Of a DNA stretch of 64,000 bases, positions 9,031-19,257 are shown in pieces. Each line of letters opens with the position of its first letter. Position 1 is the first letter of the stretch. Made by a program: the position numbers and the translations under genes. Under the pieces are notes generated by a model. That model was not told the DNA's origin, did not search any database, and was given only the letters and a program-made list of their open reading frames with translations. The stretch lies in NCBI GenBank assembly GCA_028867135.1, contig JAGWGW010000001.1, forward strand, positions 53,598-117,597, written 5' to 3'. Source of the stretch: Candidatus Micrarchaeota archaeon (GTDB lineage Archaea > Micrarchaeota > Micrarchaeia > Micrarchaeales > CABMGC01).

Positions 9031-9148
9031 ACAATCACTCTAGTATTTTTCAGCATAATATAACAATATACCTATAAAATGCTTTCTGTATTCGCTCGTT
9101 CGGCCCAATAAGATTGTATATTATAACGTATTGTCAAGGATTATAAAT

Positions 9149-9223
9149 GGGCATGTGGCGTAACTTGGATAGCGCACCTGGCTTCGGACCAGGGGGTTGC
9201 GGGTTCAAATCCCGTCATGCCCG
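9149..9223 (+). tRNA. tRNA-Arg (anticodon TCG), uninterrupted
   Basis: 75-nt cloverleaf: GGGCATG / GCGT-AACTTGGATA-GCGC / CCTGG-CTTCGGA-CCAGG / GGGTT / GCGGG-TTCAAAT-CCCGT / CATGCCC-G. Confidence 0.9.
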
Positions 9224-9339
9224 CTACGATTTGCAAAAATTTATTTTTGTAAAACCTTTTGGGAATCGGTTTAAATAATTTATCATGCGCATGTATTTCC
9301 AGTAACCTTTTCCAAGGAGAACTGGATTGTGAAAGACAA

Positions 9340-10650
9340 ATGATAGTGATGAAGTTCGGCGGCAGCTCTGTGGCAAACACGGAGATGATAAAAGGCGTCG
9401 CCGGCATAGTGAAGTCACAAGTCAAGAAGAAGCCTATTGTTGTTGTGTCAGCCCTGGGAGGCGTGACCAACGATCTTATAGAGGCAGCTACTTTTGCCGC
9501 GAATGGCTCTGGAACAAAAAAATGCGACGAGATAACGGGCCGGCACCTTGCTGTGATAAAGGAGCTGGGTCTTGGGGAACAGATAATAGGAGATGAAGTT
9601 TCACAACTAAGGCGCGAAATGGAGAAGATTGGGGCTGGCAGAAACCTCAACCAAAAGTCGCTTGACACTGTGATGTCGTTCGGGGAGCGCATGTCCGCCA
9701 GGATAGTGGCCGCATGCTTGGTTTCCGTCGGCGTCAACTCGAAGGCGTACGATGCCTTCAACATCGGGCTGGTTACAGATTCAAGCTTCGGCAACGCCAA
9801 CCCGCTTCCCAAAGCAAGCTCTATGATAAGGAGATCGCTCAGCGGAGTTTCGGGCGTCCCGGTCGTGACGGGGTTTATTGGCAAGGACAGGGTCGGAAAC
9901 ATAACCACATTGGGCAGGGGAGGAAGCGACTATACTGCATCGCTGATAGGAATGGCGGTAAGGGCGAAGGAGATCCAGATATGGACCAATACAAATGGCG
10001 TACTTACCGCTGATCCGAGAATAGTGAGTGGGGCTCTGAACATCAGGGACCTTTCGTACGAGGAGGAGCTTGAGCTGGAGTACCTTGGCGCAAATACATT
10101 GCATCCTAAGGGAATAAGGCCCGCTTTTGAAAAGAACATAACCGTCAGGGTGCTGAACACGCTGCACCCGAAGGAGAGCGACACCGTGATAAAAAGCAGG
10201 ATCAATGAGAAGATGCGCGTTGCCTCCATCACGCACAAGGACGGCATGCATATTATCCTGTTGCGCGCGCAGGATCCGCCGAAGAGGCTTCATGACGTTT
10301 TTGATATAATAAGAAGGCACGGTATTTCAATAGATTCGGTATTGACATCAAGGACAGACATTATGATCATATTCAGCGGGTATTACAACGGGAACATCAA
10401 GGATGCCCTCAAAGAACTGGGCAGTGTCGGAAAGGTTTCGATAAGGAGCGGAAGGGCCAAGATATCGGTAGTTGGGAAGGCCCTCTTCTCAATCCCTGGG
10501 ATATCTGGGAAGATTTTTTCCTCTTTGGCAGACATGCCTATAGAGGCCATATCATATGGCAGCTCCGGCATGAGCCAGAGCTTCTTTGTCAAGGAGCAGC
10601 ATGCGGGCACAGCGATAAGGAAGCTCCATAGGACGTTTTTTGGTGCATAG
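9340..10650 (+). CDS. lysC: aspartate kinase
   Basis: [12 protein letters not shown]-terminus, the amino-acid-kinase pattern ([12 protein letters not shown]) and C-terminal ACT-like repeats. ATG at 9340. The ORF-track 5' extension runs into the tRNA flank. Confidence 0.88.
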   Translation: MIVMKFGGSSVANTEMIKGVAGIVKSQVKKKPIVVVSALGGVTNDLIEAATFAANGSGTKKCDEITGRHLAVIKELGLGEQIIGDEVSQLRREMEKIGAGRNLNQKSLDTVMSFGERMSARIVAACLVSVGVNSKAYDAFNIGLVTDSSFGNANPLPKASSMIRRSLSGVSGVPVVTGFIGKDRVGNITTLGRGGSDYTASLIGMAVRAKEIQIWTNTNGVLTADPRIVSGALNIRDLSYEEELELEYLGANTLHPKGIRPAFEKNITVRVLNTLHPKESDTVIKSRINEKMRVASITHKDGMHIILLRAQDPPKRLHDVFDIIRRHGISIDSVLTSRTDIMIIFSGYYNGNIKDALKELGSVGKVSIRSGRAKISVVGKALFSIPGISGKIFSSLADMPIEAISYGSSGMSQSFFVKEQHAGTAIRKLHRTFFGA

Positions 10651-10651
10651 A

Positions 10652-11704
10652 ATGGCGAAAATCTCAGTTGGTGTATTCGGCGCTACGGGAATGGTGGGCC
10701 AGACGATTGTGCAATTGCTGGACAACCATCCTTGGTTCGAGGTAACAGAGCTCGCAGCGTCGGAGAATTCGGCTGGGAAGTCCTATGAAGACGTAATGAG
10801 GATGAGATGGAGCGCAGGCTCTGAGATACCCGAATACGCGAGAGGCATGATCGTAAAGGAGGCGGGAACGACGCCCGACTGCAACCTGGTGCTCTCGGCG
10901 CTTGATTCTAAGGTTGCGGGTCCGATAGAGGAAGGCCTTGCAAAGGCAGGCTATGCTGTGTCGAGCAATTCAAGAAACCACAGGATGTTCGATGATGTCC
11001 CGTTGCTGATACCTGAGATAAATGCCAACCACATAAACCTTATCAAGAAGCAGCAGAAGGAAAGGGGCTGGGAAGGTTTCATAGTAACCGATCCCAACTG
11101 CTCGGCGATGCAGCTGTGCATAGCTCTCAAGCCTTTGCAGGACGCATTCGGCCTTGAGAGCGTGATGATAACTACGATGCAGGCCTTGAGCGGCGCTGGC
11201 TATCCCGGGGTTCCTTCGATGGACATAATGGACAACGTGATACCCTTCATAGGGGACGAGGAGGAGAAGCTGCAGAGCGAGCCTCTCAAGATACTAGGCT
11301 CTTTTGCAAAGGATAGGATAAGGCCAGCGAACTTCAAGATAAGCGCGCAGTGCAACAGGGTTGCCGTAAGGCATGGGCACATGGAAACTGTAAACGTGAA
11401 GCTCTCTAGAAAGGCGGATGAGGACAAGATAATAAAGGCATTTGAGTCGTTCAAGCCATTGAAGGAAATGGGGCTTCCATCTGCTCCGGAGAGGCCCATA
11501 GTATACATGCGCAACGAGAACAGACCGCAGCCCAAGCTTGATGCAAACATCGAGAACGGGATGGCTTCGGTTGTTGGGAGATTGAGGAAATGCAGCATAC
11601 TCGACTATAAGTTCATAGTCCTCGGGCACAACCTTGTGAGAGGCGCCGCAGGAGCTGCAATTCTCAATGCTGAGCTTCTGAAGGCAAAAGGATATGTGGG
11701 CTGA
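10652..11704 (+). CDS. asd: aspartate-semialdehyde dehydrogenase
   Basis: [15 protein letters not shown]-binding motif, active-site NCSAMQL, and ...[10 protein letters not shown]. The ATG lies 1 nt after the lysC stop. Confidence 0.9.
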   Translation: MAKISVGVFGATGMVGQTIVQLLDNHPWFEVTELAASENSAGKSYEDVMRMRWSAGSEIPEYARGMIVKEAGTTPDCNLVLSALDSKVAGPIEEGLAKAGYAVSSNSRNHRMFDDVPLLIPEINANHINLIKKQQKERGWEGFIVTDPNCSAMQLCIALKPLQDAFGLESVMITTMQALSGAGYPGVPSMDIMDNVIPFIGDEEEKLQSEPLKILGSFAKDRIRPANFKISAQCNRVAVRHGHMETVNVKLSRKADEDKIIKAFESFKPLKEMGLPSAPERPIVYMRNENRPQPKLDANIENGMASVVGRLRKCSILDYKFIVLGHNLVRGAAGAAILNAELLKAKGYVG

Positions 11705-11705
11705 A

Positions 11706-12884
11706 TCAGGACAGTCTTTCCATGTAGTCCTGATATCCGAATCTCTTGATGATTTTCAGCTTCTTTTTCTCTGGGTCGTATAAGGCTATGGAAGGATGCT
11801 TTACGCCGTTGAACATCGTTGTCTTGACCATAGTGTAATGAGCCATGTCAAGGAAGACCAGCCTGTCCCCAACATTAAGCTTGTTCTTGAAGGAGTAATC
11901 GCCTACCATGTCGCCTGCAAGGCAGGTGAGGCCTCCAAGCCTGTACGTATGCTTTAATTCGCCCGGTTTTCCAGCGCCTATTATGTTAGGCCTGTACGGC
12001 ATCGCTAGCACGTCGGGCATGTGGGCCTCTGCGGAGGTATCAAGAATTGCGATGTCATTCTTGTTGTGCACTATGTCGAGGACCGTGGACACAAGCACGC
12101 CCGAATTGAGCGCAACAGCCTCTCCTGGTTCCAGGCATATCTGCACCTTATACCTCTTCTTGAAATCGTTCAGCGTTTTGACCAACAGTCCGACATCGTA
12201 GTCCGGCCTTGTTATGTGATGACCCCCTCCGAAATCGACCCATTTCATGCTGCGAAGGTATTTCCCGTAAAGCTTTTCGAACGACTTGAGGACCCTTACG
12301 AGCACGTCCGCGTTCTGTTCGCACAGCGTATGGAAATGTATGCCTTCGACTCCTTTGAGGTCCTCGCCTTCAAGATCTCCTGGCAGGATTCCCAGCCTTG
12401 AGCCTGAAAGCGATGGGTTGTAAAGGTCCGTTTCGACCTCCGAATGGCCGGGATTAACGCGCAATCCTATGCTGATCTTCCTCTTGCCCCCTGCGACCTT
12501 GTTCCTGTACCTCTTCCATTGGGAAACCGAATTGAAGATTATGGCATCTGAGTACTCCATCGCTTCTTCGATGTCCTTGTCGGAGTAGGCCGGGGCCGCT
12601 GTGTACACCTCCTTCCCGAATTTTTCGTATCCTAGGCGCGCTTCGATAGGCCCGCTTGCGCATACACCGTCAAGATACTTGCTGATCAATGGAAATGTGG
12701 AGTGCATGCCGAACGCCTTCAGTGCAAGCAGGATTTTGGCGCCTGTTTGCTTCTTGACATATGAAAGCACGCGCATGTTCCTTCTGAGGACCCCCTCATT
12801 CACCAAGAAGCATGGACTCTCCACCTTGTCCGTAATCGCCTTTGGAAAGTCCCGCAGCTCCTTATTGTGGAAATTGTACCTCAT
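11706..12884 (-). CDS. nspC: carboxynorspermidine/carboxyspermidine decarboxylase (PLP, alanine racemase-fold)
   Basis: SPCFLVNEGVLRRNM...ILLALKAF...CASGPIEARLG, FGGGH and CLAGD resemble the NspC/CANSDC family rather than LysA. It is adjacent to a CANSDH-like gene. Confidence 0.78.
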   Translation of the reverse strand: MRYNFHNKELRDFPKAITDKVESPCFLVNEGVLRRNMRVLSYVKKQTGAKILLALKAFGMHSTFPLISKYLDGVCASGPIEARLGYEKFGKEVYTAAPAYSDKDIEEAMEYSDAIIFNSVSQWKRYRNKVAGGKRKISIGLRVNPGHSEVETDLYNPSLSGSRLGILPGDLEGEDLKGVEGIHFHTLCEQNADVLVRVLKSFEKLYGKYLRSMKWVDFGGGHHITRPDYDVGLLVKTLNDFKKRYKVQICLEPGEAVALNSGVLVSTVLDIVHNKNDIAILDTSAEAHMPDVLAMPYRPNIIGAGKPGELKHTYRLGGLTCLAGDMVGDYSFKNKLNVGDRLVFLDMAHYTMVKTTMFNGVKHPSIALYDPEKKKLKIIKRFGYQDYMERLS

Positions 12885-12892
12885 TTAATCGC

Positions 12893-14110
12893 CTATCCTG
12901 GCAGATCTCCGTCGAACTCAGACTGCTGCCAAGGAAGCCCGTATTTGCTGAGCGCGTCCATGAATGGATCCGGATCCAGCTGCTCCATATTGAAGACTCC
13001 AGAACCTTTCCATTTTCCTGTTAGCATCATCATGGCGCCTATCATTGCCGGAACTCCTGTCGTGTAGGATATGGCCTGTGCGCCAACCTCCTTGAAAGAC
13101 TCGGCGTGGTCGCATACGTTATAGATGTAGACTGATCTCCTTTTCCCGTCCTTGATCCCAGTCATCACATTGCCTATCACGGTCTTGCCGGTGTAATTGG
13201 TCCCGAGAGTCGCTGGATCAGGAAGCAGGGTCTTAAGGAATTTTATAGGGACTATCTTCTTGCCGTCATATTCCACCTCATCTATCCTTGTTATGCCGAT
13301 GTTCTGCATTACCCTAAGGTGCGTAAGATAGTTCTCGGAGAACGTCATCCAGAATCTTATTCTCTTCAGTCCCTTGATGTTCTTTGCAAGTGATTCAAGC
13401 TCCTCGTGGTAAAGGAGATAGCTTTCCTTAGGGCCCACTATAGGATAATCAAAGCTGAAATGCACGCTTCCCTGGTCAATTATAGGCGGCGTTTCTATCC
13501 ACTTGCCATTTTCCCAATGCCTTACGACCTGCGTTACCTCCCGTATGTTTATCTCAGGGTTGAAGTTCGTTGCAAAGGGGTGACCATGGCTGCCCGCATT
13601 GCAATCCAGGATATCTATGTAGTTTATCTCGTCGAAAAGATGTTTTTGCGCGTATGCGCAGAACACGTTCGATACCCCAGGGTCAAATCCTGAGCCGAGC
13701 ACGGCCATCAGCCCTTTTGCCTTGAATCTGCCATTGTAGGCCCATTGCCAGCTGTATTCGAAGTGGGCCACGTCCTTCGGTTCGTAGTTTGCAGTGTCAA
13801 GATAATTTACGCCAGCCTCAAGGCACGCGTCCATTATGCTAAGATCCTGATACGGAAGCGCCACGTTAATTACAAGATCAGGCTTTATCCTCTTGATGAG
13901 CGCTGTCAGTTCGGGTACATTGTCGGCGTCTACCTGTGCGACATTGATTTCTCTCTGGGCCCTTTCTTTAATCTCGGCCCTTATCTGTTCACATTTTGAC
14001 AGTGTCCTGCTTGCGAGAGTTATGTCGGTAAAAACGCTTGGCAGTTGGGCGCATTTATGCGCAACGACCCTGCCGACGCCGCCTGCACCGATTATAAGTA
14101 CTTTCCCCAT
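12893..14110 (-). CDS. carboxynorspermidine/carboxyspermidine synthase (dehydrogenase), saccharopine-dehydrogenase family
   Basis: MGKVLIIGAGGVGRVVAHKCAQ, ASRTLSKCE and GSGFDPGVSNVF follow the pattern of CANSDH. There is a GGAGG-like SD (cctcc on the + strand at 14117-14121) upstream of the ATG. Confidence 0.78.
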   Translation of the reverse strand: MGKVLIIGAGGVGRVVAHKCAQLPSVFTDITLASRTLSKCEQIRAEIKERAQREINVAQVDADNVPELTALIKRIKPDLVINVALPYQDLSIMDACLEAGVNYLDTANYEPKDVAHFEYSWQWAYNGRFKAKGLMAVLGSGFDPGVSNVFCAYAQKHLFDEINYIDILDCNAGSHGHPFATNFNPEINIREVTQVVRHWENGKWIETPPIIDQGSVHFSFDYPIVGPKESYLLYHEELESLAKNIKGLKRIRFWMTFSENYLTHLRVMQNIGITRIDEVEYDGKKIVPIKFLKTLLPDPATLGTNYTGKTVIGNVMTGIKDGKRRSVYIYNVCDHAESFKEVGAQAISYTTGVPAMIGAMMMLTGKWKGSGVFNMEQLDPDPFMDALSKYGLPWQQSEFDGDLPG

Positions 14111-14264
14111 TGTCTTCCTCCGAATCTCAGATGATAAATTGTTAGTTCTGATTATTAAGCTTTCTCTATTTTACGAATACAGAATTATAAAATGGCCTGT
14201 TGCAGGCTGGATATGCCGGTTGCTTAAATGGTATGGTTATATTGATTTGCAGGGTATTTTTAGC

Positions 14265-15122
14265 ATGCGCAAATTGCAGTCTGCGATGGAGTACCTGATG
14301 ACTTATGGGTGGGCGATTCTCGCGATTGCGGTCGTGATGGTATCCCTCTATTCCATAGGGATATTCAACTTGGGGAGCCTGACACCAACAGCGACTCCGG
14401 GCGCATGCCAGGTGATAAGGACCGCTGCGCAGACGAGCCTTGCGGGGCAGTGTACGAACATAATTCCAAAGTACGTGGGGCAGTTCAACGGAGCGAGCAG
14501 CTACATCAAGACCTCTTTTGTGAACAAGGCCGGATCGTGGACCATTTCGGCCTGGGCTGATGCAAGGCAGTTCCAAACTGCGAATCTCAACTCAAACCAC
14601 CATAACATATTGGATTCGGACCTGTCGGGTTCTTACGGCAATGGCTTCGGGATAGAGGGATCGCCGACGGTGCTCAGGGTGATATACAACAACGGCTTCC
14701 TGAACTACAACTATAACTTCAACACCGGGACATGGTACGACATAACTGTGGTTTACAACACGAACAACGGCACTGTAACGCCTTATGTCAATGGAATCTC
14801 GCTTGGGGGCAGCAGCGTTACATTTGGCGCTTCCCTTTATCAGCAATATTACATTGGTAGGGACCAGCCGAATGCGGTTTATTTCAACGGGTCGATTGCG
14901 AATGTGCAGATCTATAACACCACCATAGATGCTGCATCGATACAGACGCTGTATAGGAAAGGTATAGGAGGCGTGCCGATAGACCTGGCGCACCTGTCCG
15001 CGTGGTGGCCGCTGAACGGCAATGCCAATGACTACTCAGGAAACAACTATCAGGGCAATGTTACAGGGCCTGTGGTCTGGAGCGCGGACTGGCAACCTGG
15101 ATATGCGGCCCCAACCACGTGA
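14265..15122 (+). CDS. type IV pilin-like LamG domain protein, paralog 2
   Basis: MRKL|QSAMEYLMTYGWAILAIAVVMVSLYSIGIF, CQVIRTAAQTSLAGQC, a LamG-like core, and the conserved tail WWPLNGNANDYSGNNYQG. The ORF-track start at 13893 is an antisense read-through of the neighbouring gene. Confidence 0.8.
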   Translation: MRKLQSAMEYLMTYGWAILAIAVVMVSLYSIGIFNLGSLTPTATPGACQVIRTAAQTSLAGQCTNIIPKYVGQFNGASSYIKTSFVNKAGSWTISAWADARQFQTANLNSNHHNILDSDLSGSYGNGFGIEGSPTVLRVIYNNGFLNYNYNFNTGTWYDITVVYNTNNGTVTPYVNGISLGGSSVTFGASLYQQYYIGRDQPNAVYFNGSIANVQIYNTTIDAASIQTLYRKGIGGVPIDLAHLSAWWPLNGNANDYSGNNYQGNVTGPVVWSADWQPGYAAPTT

Positions 15123-15128
15123 AGCTGC

Positions 15129-16601
15129 TCATGAGATGTATTTCTCGAGCCCTGAGCTCTCTATGACGTTCTCCTGCTCGAGCTGCCTGTAGACCATGTA
15201 CATAATCCCCACTGTAAGCAATATGCCCATTCCTGTCCCTATTGCGCCTGTGAGGTTCGCGACCGCAGCGAGGAGCGCAACGACTATGCTGCCCAGAACG
15301 GTTATCGTTGGTATGTACTTGTTTAGTATCGACTCGATGATCCTCGGGTCCCTCCTGAATCCCGGAATCTGCCAGCCTACGCTTTGCAGCTGATCCGCCA
15401 TGTTCTTTGGGCTCTGTCCGGTCATCTCCACCCAGAACTTTCCGAATATGATGCAGAGGATTATCAGCACAATCGTGTACGTGATTATGTGCACCCATTC
15501 GGGGACATAGACCACGCCGCCCCACGGAACGTATAATGGGCTAACCCCAGCAAGGAGGTTGTTGAAGTACGCGCCATAGCCTATCCCGTATGGCGGAGGG
15601 TACGGCTCCCCTATGTTGAACGTTGGTGCTATGAGGTACAGTATGCCCCCTGTAAGGGCCTTTGTGGTTCCACCGCCCGCTCCGTTTGCATTTACCTGGT
15701 AATAGCCTATGAAGTGCGCAATCTGCGCGTACTGGCCCGTCACCCCTGAAAGGAAGCTGAACCACAGGGTGGTGCTTGCAATCAGCGAGCTTGCGAGGAT
15801 TACAGGGAGAACGCTGACGTACAGGAATGGTATGGGCAGCCTTCCTCCTACTCCCCTGGCCTGGCTGAACGCAAGCGGCAGCTCTATCTTTATGTCATAT
15901 ACGTAGATGCATATCAGCATGACAAGGATTGCGAAGAACAGCGAGCCGAATGCGAGTATCGCGTTTGGAAGCGCAGAGGATCCGCCCTGGGCTATCTGCC
16001 CTATCGCTCCTACAAGCAGTATGTTTATGGTGCCTGCTACGATCGCGAACGCAACTCCCCCTGCTATGAACAGGTTTATCCCTGATGTTATTCCGTACTT
16101 GACCATTGTCTCGTCAAGGTATATGACTATGATCGCGCCTAGCGCGAGCTGTATGGCCACTATCCCGAAGAAGCTGGGGTTTATCAATGGAAGCGAATTG
16201 GCGAATATGGCTGATTCTACGAGCGCTATGGCTATTGCCGCAGACTTCTGTATCGTCTGGAACTTGCCCTTCTCGTAGGGGTTGCTCATGTCTATCTTGA
16301 GCAGCTCTGCGCCCTGCAGGAACTGCAGGACTATGCTTGCCAGCACTATCGGGCTTATTCCTACCGTTATGAGCGTGCCCGTCCTTGAAGCGAACACTAT
16401 GTTGAGCAGCTGGAATACCGGGTTCTGGAGCGTTGTCTTGTTGACGCCAAATGCGGGCGTGCTGAAAAGTATGAAGTAGAGCGACATGATTATCGCGGTC
16501 CACTTCAGCTTCTGCCTGAACGAGAGCGGTTCGTGCGGCTTCCTGATGTGTGGCACTACGCTCAGTACCGCGCTAAGCCTGTTGAGAAAACCAAGGTTCA
16601 T
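15129..16601 (-). CDS. secY: preprotein translocase subunit SecY
   Basis: 490 aa with 10 TM-like segments. SecY-type N-terminus (KPHEPLSFRQKLKWT) and GIMPIF-region equivalents. Confidence 0.92.
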   Translation of the reverse strand: MNLGFLNRLSAVLSVVPHIRKPHEPLSFRQKLKWTAIIMSLYFILFSTPAFGVNKTTLQNPVFQLLNIVFASRTGTLITVGISPIVLASIVLQFLQGAELLKIDMSNPYEKGKFQTIQKSAAIAIALVESAIFANSLPLINPSFFGIVAIQLALGAIIVIYLDETMVKYGITSGINLFIAGGVAFAIVAGTINILLVGAIGQIAQGGSSALPNAILAFGSLFFAILVMLICIYVYDIKIELPLAFSQARGVGGRLPIPFLYVSVLPVILASSLIASTTLWFSFLSGVTGQYAQIAHFIGYYQVNANGAGGGTTKALTGGILYLIAPTFNIGEPYPPPYGIGYGAYFNNLLAGVSPLYVPWGGVVYVPEWVHIITYTIVLIILCIIFGKFWVEMTGQSPKNMADQLQSVGWQIPGFRRDPRIIESILNKYIPTITVLGSIVVALLAAVANLTGAIGTGMGILLTVGIMYMVYRQLEQENVIESSGLEKYIS

Positions 16602-17563
16602 TTGATTGCCTTCGACTCTATTGTGACAGCATAGTTGCCTTTCCTGCCTGTGCTCCTGTTCATCGTGACCCTTCCATCGAACCTCTTTGATACGAAGCCT
16701 AGCAGCATCGCGATTGAGTATTTCAGGAACCCGTCAGATGAGTTATAATGGCTGTATTTCAATTTTATAACCTTTTTGCTTCTTGAAGGTATCACCTCCG
16801 CCTTGATACCGAAATAGTCGGATATCCTGCCTACGGCCTTTCCTGCGCTCTCAGACATGCTTGCATGCGCTATGTATTCGCCGCATGCGTAGAGCAGCTT
16901 TGCAACCTCTCCAAGCAGTGGCTCCTCGAGCAGGGGCATCGAGGCGAGCAGATGGTACCTTGCATTGGGCGTGTTCTCCCTCCTTGCGGACAATATCGAA
17001 TAGATCGAGGCTGGAAGGGCCTCTGCCTGCGGGTACGAGTTTCTGGGATTAGCCGACGAGTCTGGGAATGTGATGAACTGGCAGAAATTAGACCTGTTCG
17101 AGGAGCAGTGCGTCTCGTTGGTCACAACATGCATGTTCGCTGACGCTGAAACGTAGCCTGCTATTATTCCGGACTCGAATATGTGGATGTTTTCCCCGAG
17201 CCCCAGCTTCGGAGTGCGCTTGCCGAAGGATGTAATCACCATCTTGTATGTGGAAGGGTTGTATAGGACCTTGCCGAAGCCCAGCTTCTCCATTATTTCG
17301 GGAAGCATGTCCTTCCTCCCTGACTTGAGGAACAGGCCCCTGCCCACAGCGTACCCGGAGTTGTAGCCTAGGATGCTAAGCGAAGCTGTCGCGCAGTATA
17401 TCGCATCCTCTATGTCTATATTCGCTGTGCTCTCCTTGGGGTGCTCGATAAAATCCTTTACAAGCAGATCCTGCACATCGTAAGCGCTCACAAGGCGCAC
17501 CGCCTTCCTTGCCTTTTTCTTTTTGCCAGCGGGCTTCGCCCTACGCCTTCTTGCCTTTTTCAT
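16598..17563 (-). CDS. hypothetical protein with lysine/arginine-rich N-terminus and V4R-like (Cys-containing) domain
   Basis: MKKARRRRAKPAGKKKKARK, then ...IFESGIIAGYVSA...ETHCSSNRSNFCQFI, which is reminiscent of V4R domains. Its stop overlaps the secY start (ATGA). The family call is weak. Confidence 0.5.
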   Translation of the reverse strand: MKKARRRRAKPAGKKKKARKAVRLVSAYDVQDLLVKDFIEHPKESTANIDIEDAIYCATASLSILGYNSGYAVGRGLFLKSGRKDMLPEIMEKLGFGKVLYNPSTYKMVITSFGKRTPKLGLGENIHIFESGIIAGYVSASANMHVVTNETHCSSNRSNFCQFITFPDSSANPRNSYPQAEALPASIYSILSARRENTPNARYHLLASMPLLEEPLLGEVAKLLYACGEYIAHASMSESAGKAVGRISDYFGIKAEVIPSRSKKVIKLKYSHYNSSDGFLKYSIAMLLGFVSKRFDGRVTMNRSTGRKGNYAVTIESKAIK

Positions 17564-17633
17564 TCGCACACGTGTTCCTTTGTAATTAAGATTATACAAA
17601 GGCTTATATTTACTTTTTGTGTGCTAGTTTATC

Positions 17634-19253
17634 ATGAGTCTGTTAGGTCTGGTCGCAGCTCTAGTTTTAGCTACCTCCTTCTCCTGGGCAAGAATGTTTG
17701 CAGCCCTCTTCCTATCCATGATAATAAGCCTGCTGCTCGGCATCTACATTGCGACGTCAAAATCTGGGGAGAGGATAGCGCTTCCATTGGTGGACATACT
17801 TCAGACGCTGCCGATACTCACCTTCTTCCCGTTCGTGGTGCTGGTAGTCCTGAGGACCATACCGAATTCCCTTGGTTTGAACGTGGCGGTTGTCGTCCTC
17901 ATAGTCACGAGCATGGTATGGAACATGATCCTGAGCGTCTATGAATCAGTCAAGACCATACCAAACGAGATATTGGAGGTCGGAAGGCTTTACAAGCTCC
18001 ATCCGGTAGAGAAGCTGAGAAGGATATTCATACCTGCAAGCATGCCAAGGCTGGTGGAGCAGTCGATACTGTCGTGGGCTATAGGCCTCTTCTACCTGGT
18101 CACGAGCGAGATATTCTCCGTGGGCAACAGCTGCCCTGTCGGAGGAGGAGGAGCGTGCCATGTCCAGATGGGCATAGGCGTGGCGATAGCGCACCTCGCT
18201 CCTGACAGCACAGGATACCTCATAGGCATCCTGGTGTTCATAGCGTTTGTAGTCGCAACCAGGTTCGTCTTCTTCAAGCCGCTGGAGGAGCATTTCAGCA
18301 GGTACATGAAGGGGAGCGCGATAAGGCCAGATAAGGTCACCGTATACAGGAGGATTGCCAGGGATTGGATCGGGAGGATGCAGAAGGTGAGGATAGACAT
18401 CGGGATAAAGAGAAGGGGCCTCAAGGCCGCTGATGACATATTGATGTTCAGGAGGGAGATGAGGAGAAGGTACAGCAGGATAAGCGCCAGGATAAGGATG
18501 TGGTACGTTGTCATTGCGCTGTTTGCAGTGGTCGTCGTTGCATACCTTTCGGCAAACTACACGTCATTCATAGCGAACGAGCCCATAGTGCTGATAGCGA
18601 TGCTCTTTTCATTTGTAAGGGTGTGGGTAGCATACATAGCTATAGTCGCTGTTGCGCTTCCCATCTGTGTCTACCTCGTATTCATGTCAAAGAGGCGCAG
18701 CGGATACATAACATTGTTCCAGGTGATGGCTTCAATACCTGCGACAATACTGCTTCCGTGGATAGCGCTCAATCTGAAGAACGGGGAGCTTGTGGCGTTC
18801 GCGGTGTTCTTCCTTGCAGGCATATGGTACGTCATATTCGGCGTCATGGCCAACGCATCTACGATACCGAGCAGCATATTCGAGGTAAGGAGGATATTCG
18901 GGGTCAGGGGCATGAACGCGTGGAAGAACGTCTACGTCAAGGCGCTGCTCCCGGGGCTTATAACAGGCAGTATAACCGCGATAGCTGCTGAATGGAACGC
19001 GAGCATCGTGGCAGAGTACTTCACCAGCAGCGGCATCAGCGGCCTTACCGGGGTCTATACGCAGGTGGGGAGCATGGTCCTATTCGGCAGGACCATACCT
19101 CTTGGCATAGGATACCTGCTTGACGGCGCACTTGTCAACGGCCAGCTTGTCGTGATGGGGTTTGCGATATTCAACCTTGTCGTGATGATAATAGTAATTA
19201 ATAGGCTTGTGTGGAAAAGGATGTATAGCCAGATTGCAAGGACTTATAGGTGA
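17634..19253 (+). CDS. ABC transporter, duplicated permease (anion/NitT-TauT-like)
   Basis: 539 aa with about 12 TM segments in two halves. Each half has a binding-protein-dependent permease-like loop. An ABC ATPase follows 5 nt downstream. Confidence 0.72.
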   Translation: MSLLGLVAALVLATSFSWARMFAALFLSMIISLLLGIYIATSKSGERIALPLVDILQTLPILTFFPFVVLVVLRTIPNSLGLNVAVVVLIVTSMVWNMILSVYESVKTIPNEILEVGRLYKLHPVEKLRRIFIPASMPRLVEQSILSWAIGLFYLVTSEIFSVGNSCPVGGGGACHVQMGIGVAIAHLAPDSTGYLIGILVFIAFVVATRFVFFKPLEEHFSRYMKGSAIRPDKVTVYRRIARDWIGRMQKVRIDIGIKRRGLKAADDILMFRREMRRRYSRISARIRMWYVVIALFAVVVVAYLSANYTSFIANEPIVLIAMLFSFVRVWVAYIAIVAVALPICVYLVFMSKRRSGYITLFQVMASIPATILLPWIALNLKNGELVAFAVFFLAGIWYVIFGVMANASTIPSSIFEVRRIFGVRGMNAWKNVYVKALLPGLITGSITAIAAEWNASIVAEYFTSSGISGLTGVYTQVGSMVLFGRTIPLGIGYLLDGALVNGQLVVMGFAIFNLVVMIIVINRLVWKRMYSQIARTYR

Positions 19254-19257
19254 ACCG

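Noticed and set aside
14128-14152. Possible C/D-box sRNA elements (AGATGATA ... CTGA) upstream of pilin-LamG paralog 2.
   Set aside because: The C-like box is imperfect (AUGAUA rather than UGAUGA). The boxes are only about 12 nt apart, and there are no C'/D' boxes or terminal stem.
13893-14264. 5' extensions of ORF-track calls: 13893-15122, 30326-31351, 25062-28631, 3282-3785, 9259-10650, 37800-38660 and 52965-53456.
   Set aside because: The extensions overlap neighbouring genes or tRNAs and are antisense-like in composition. Conserved N-termini and internal ATG or SD signals support the shorter starts listed in the features.
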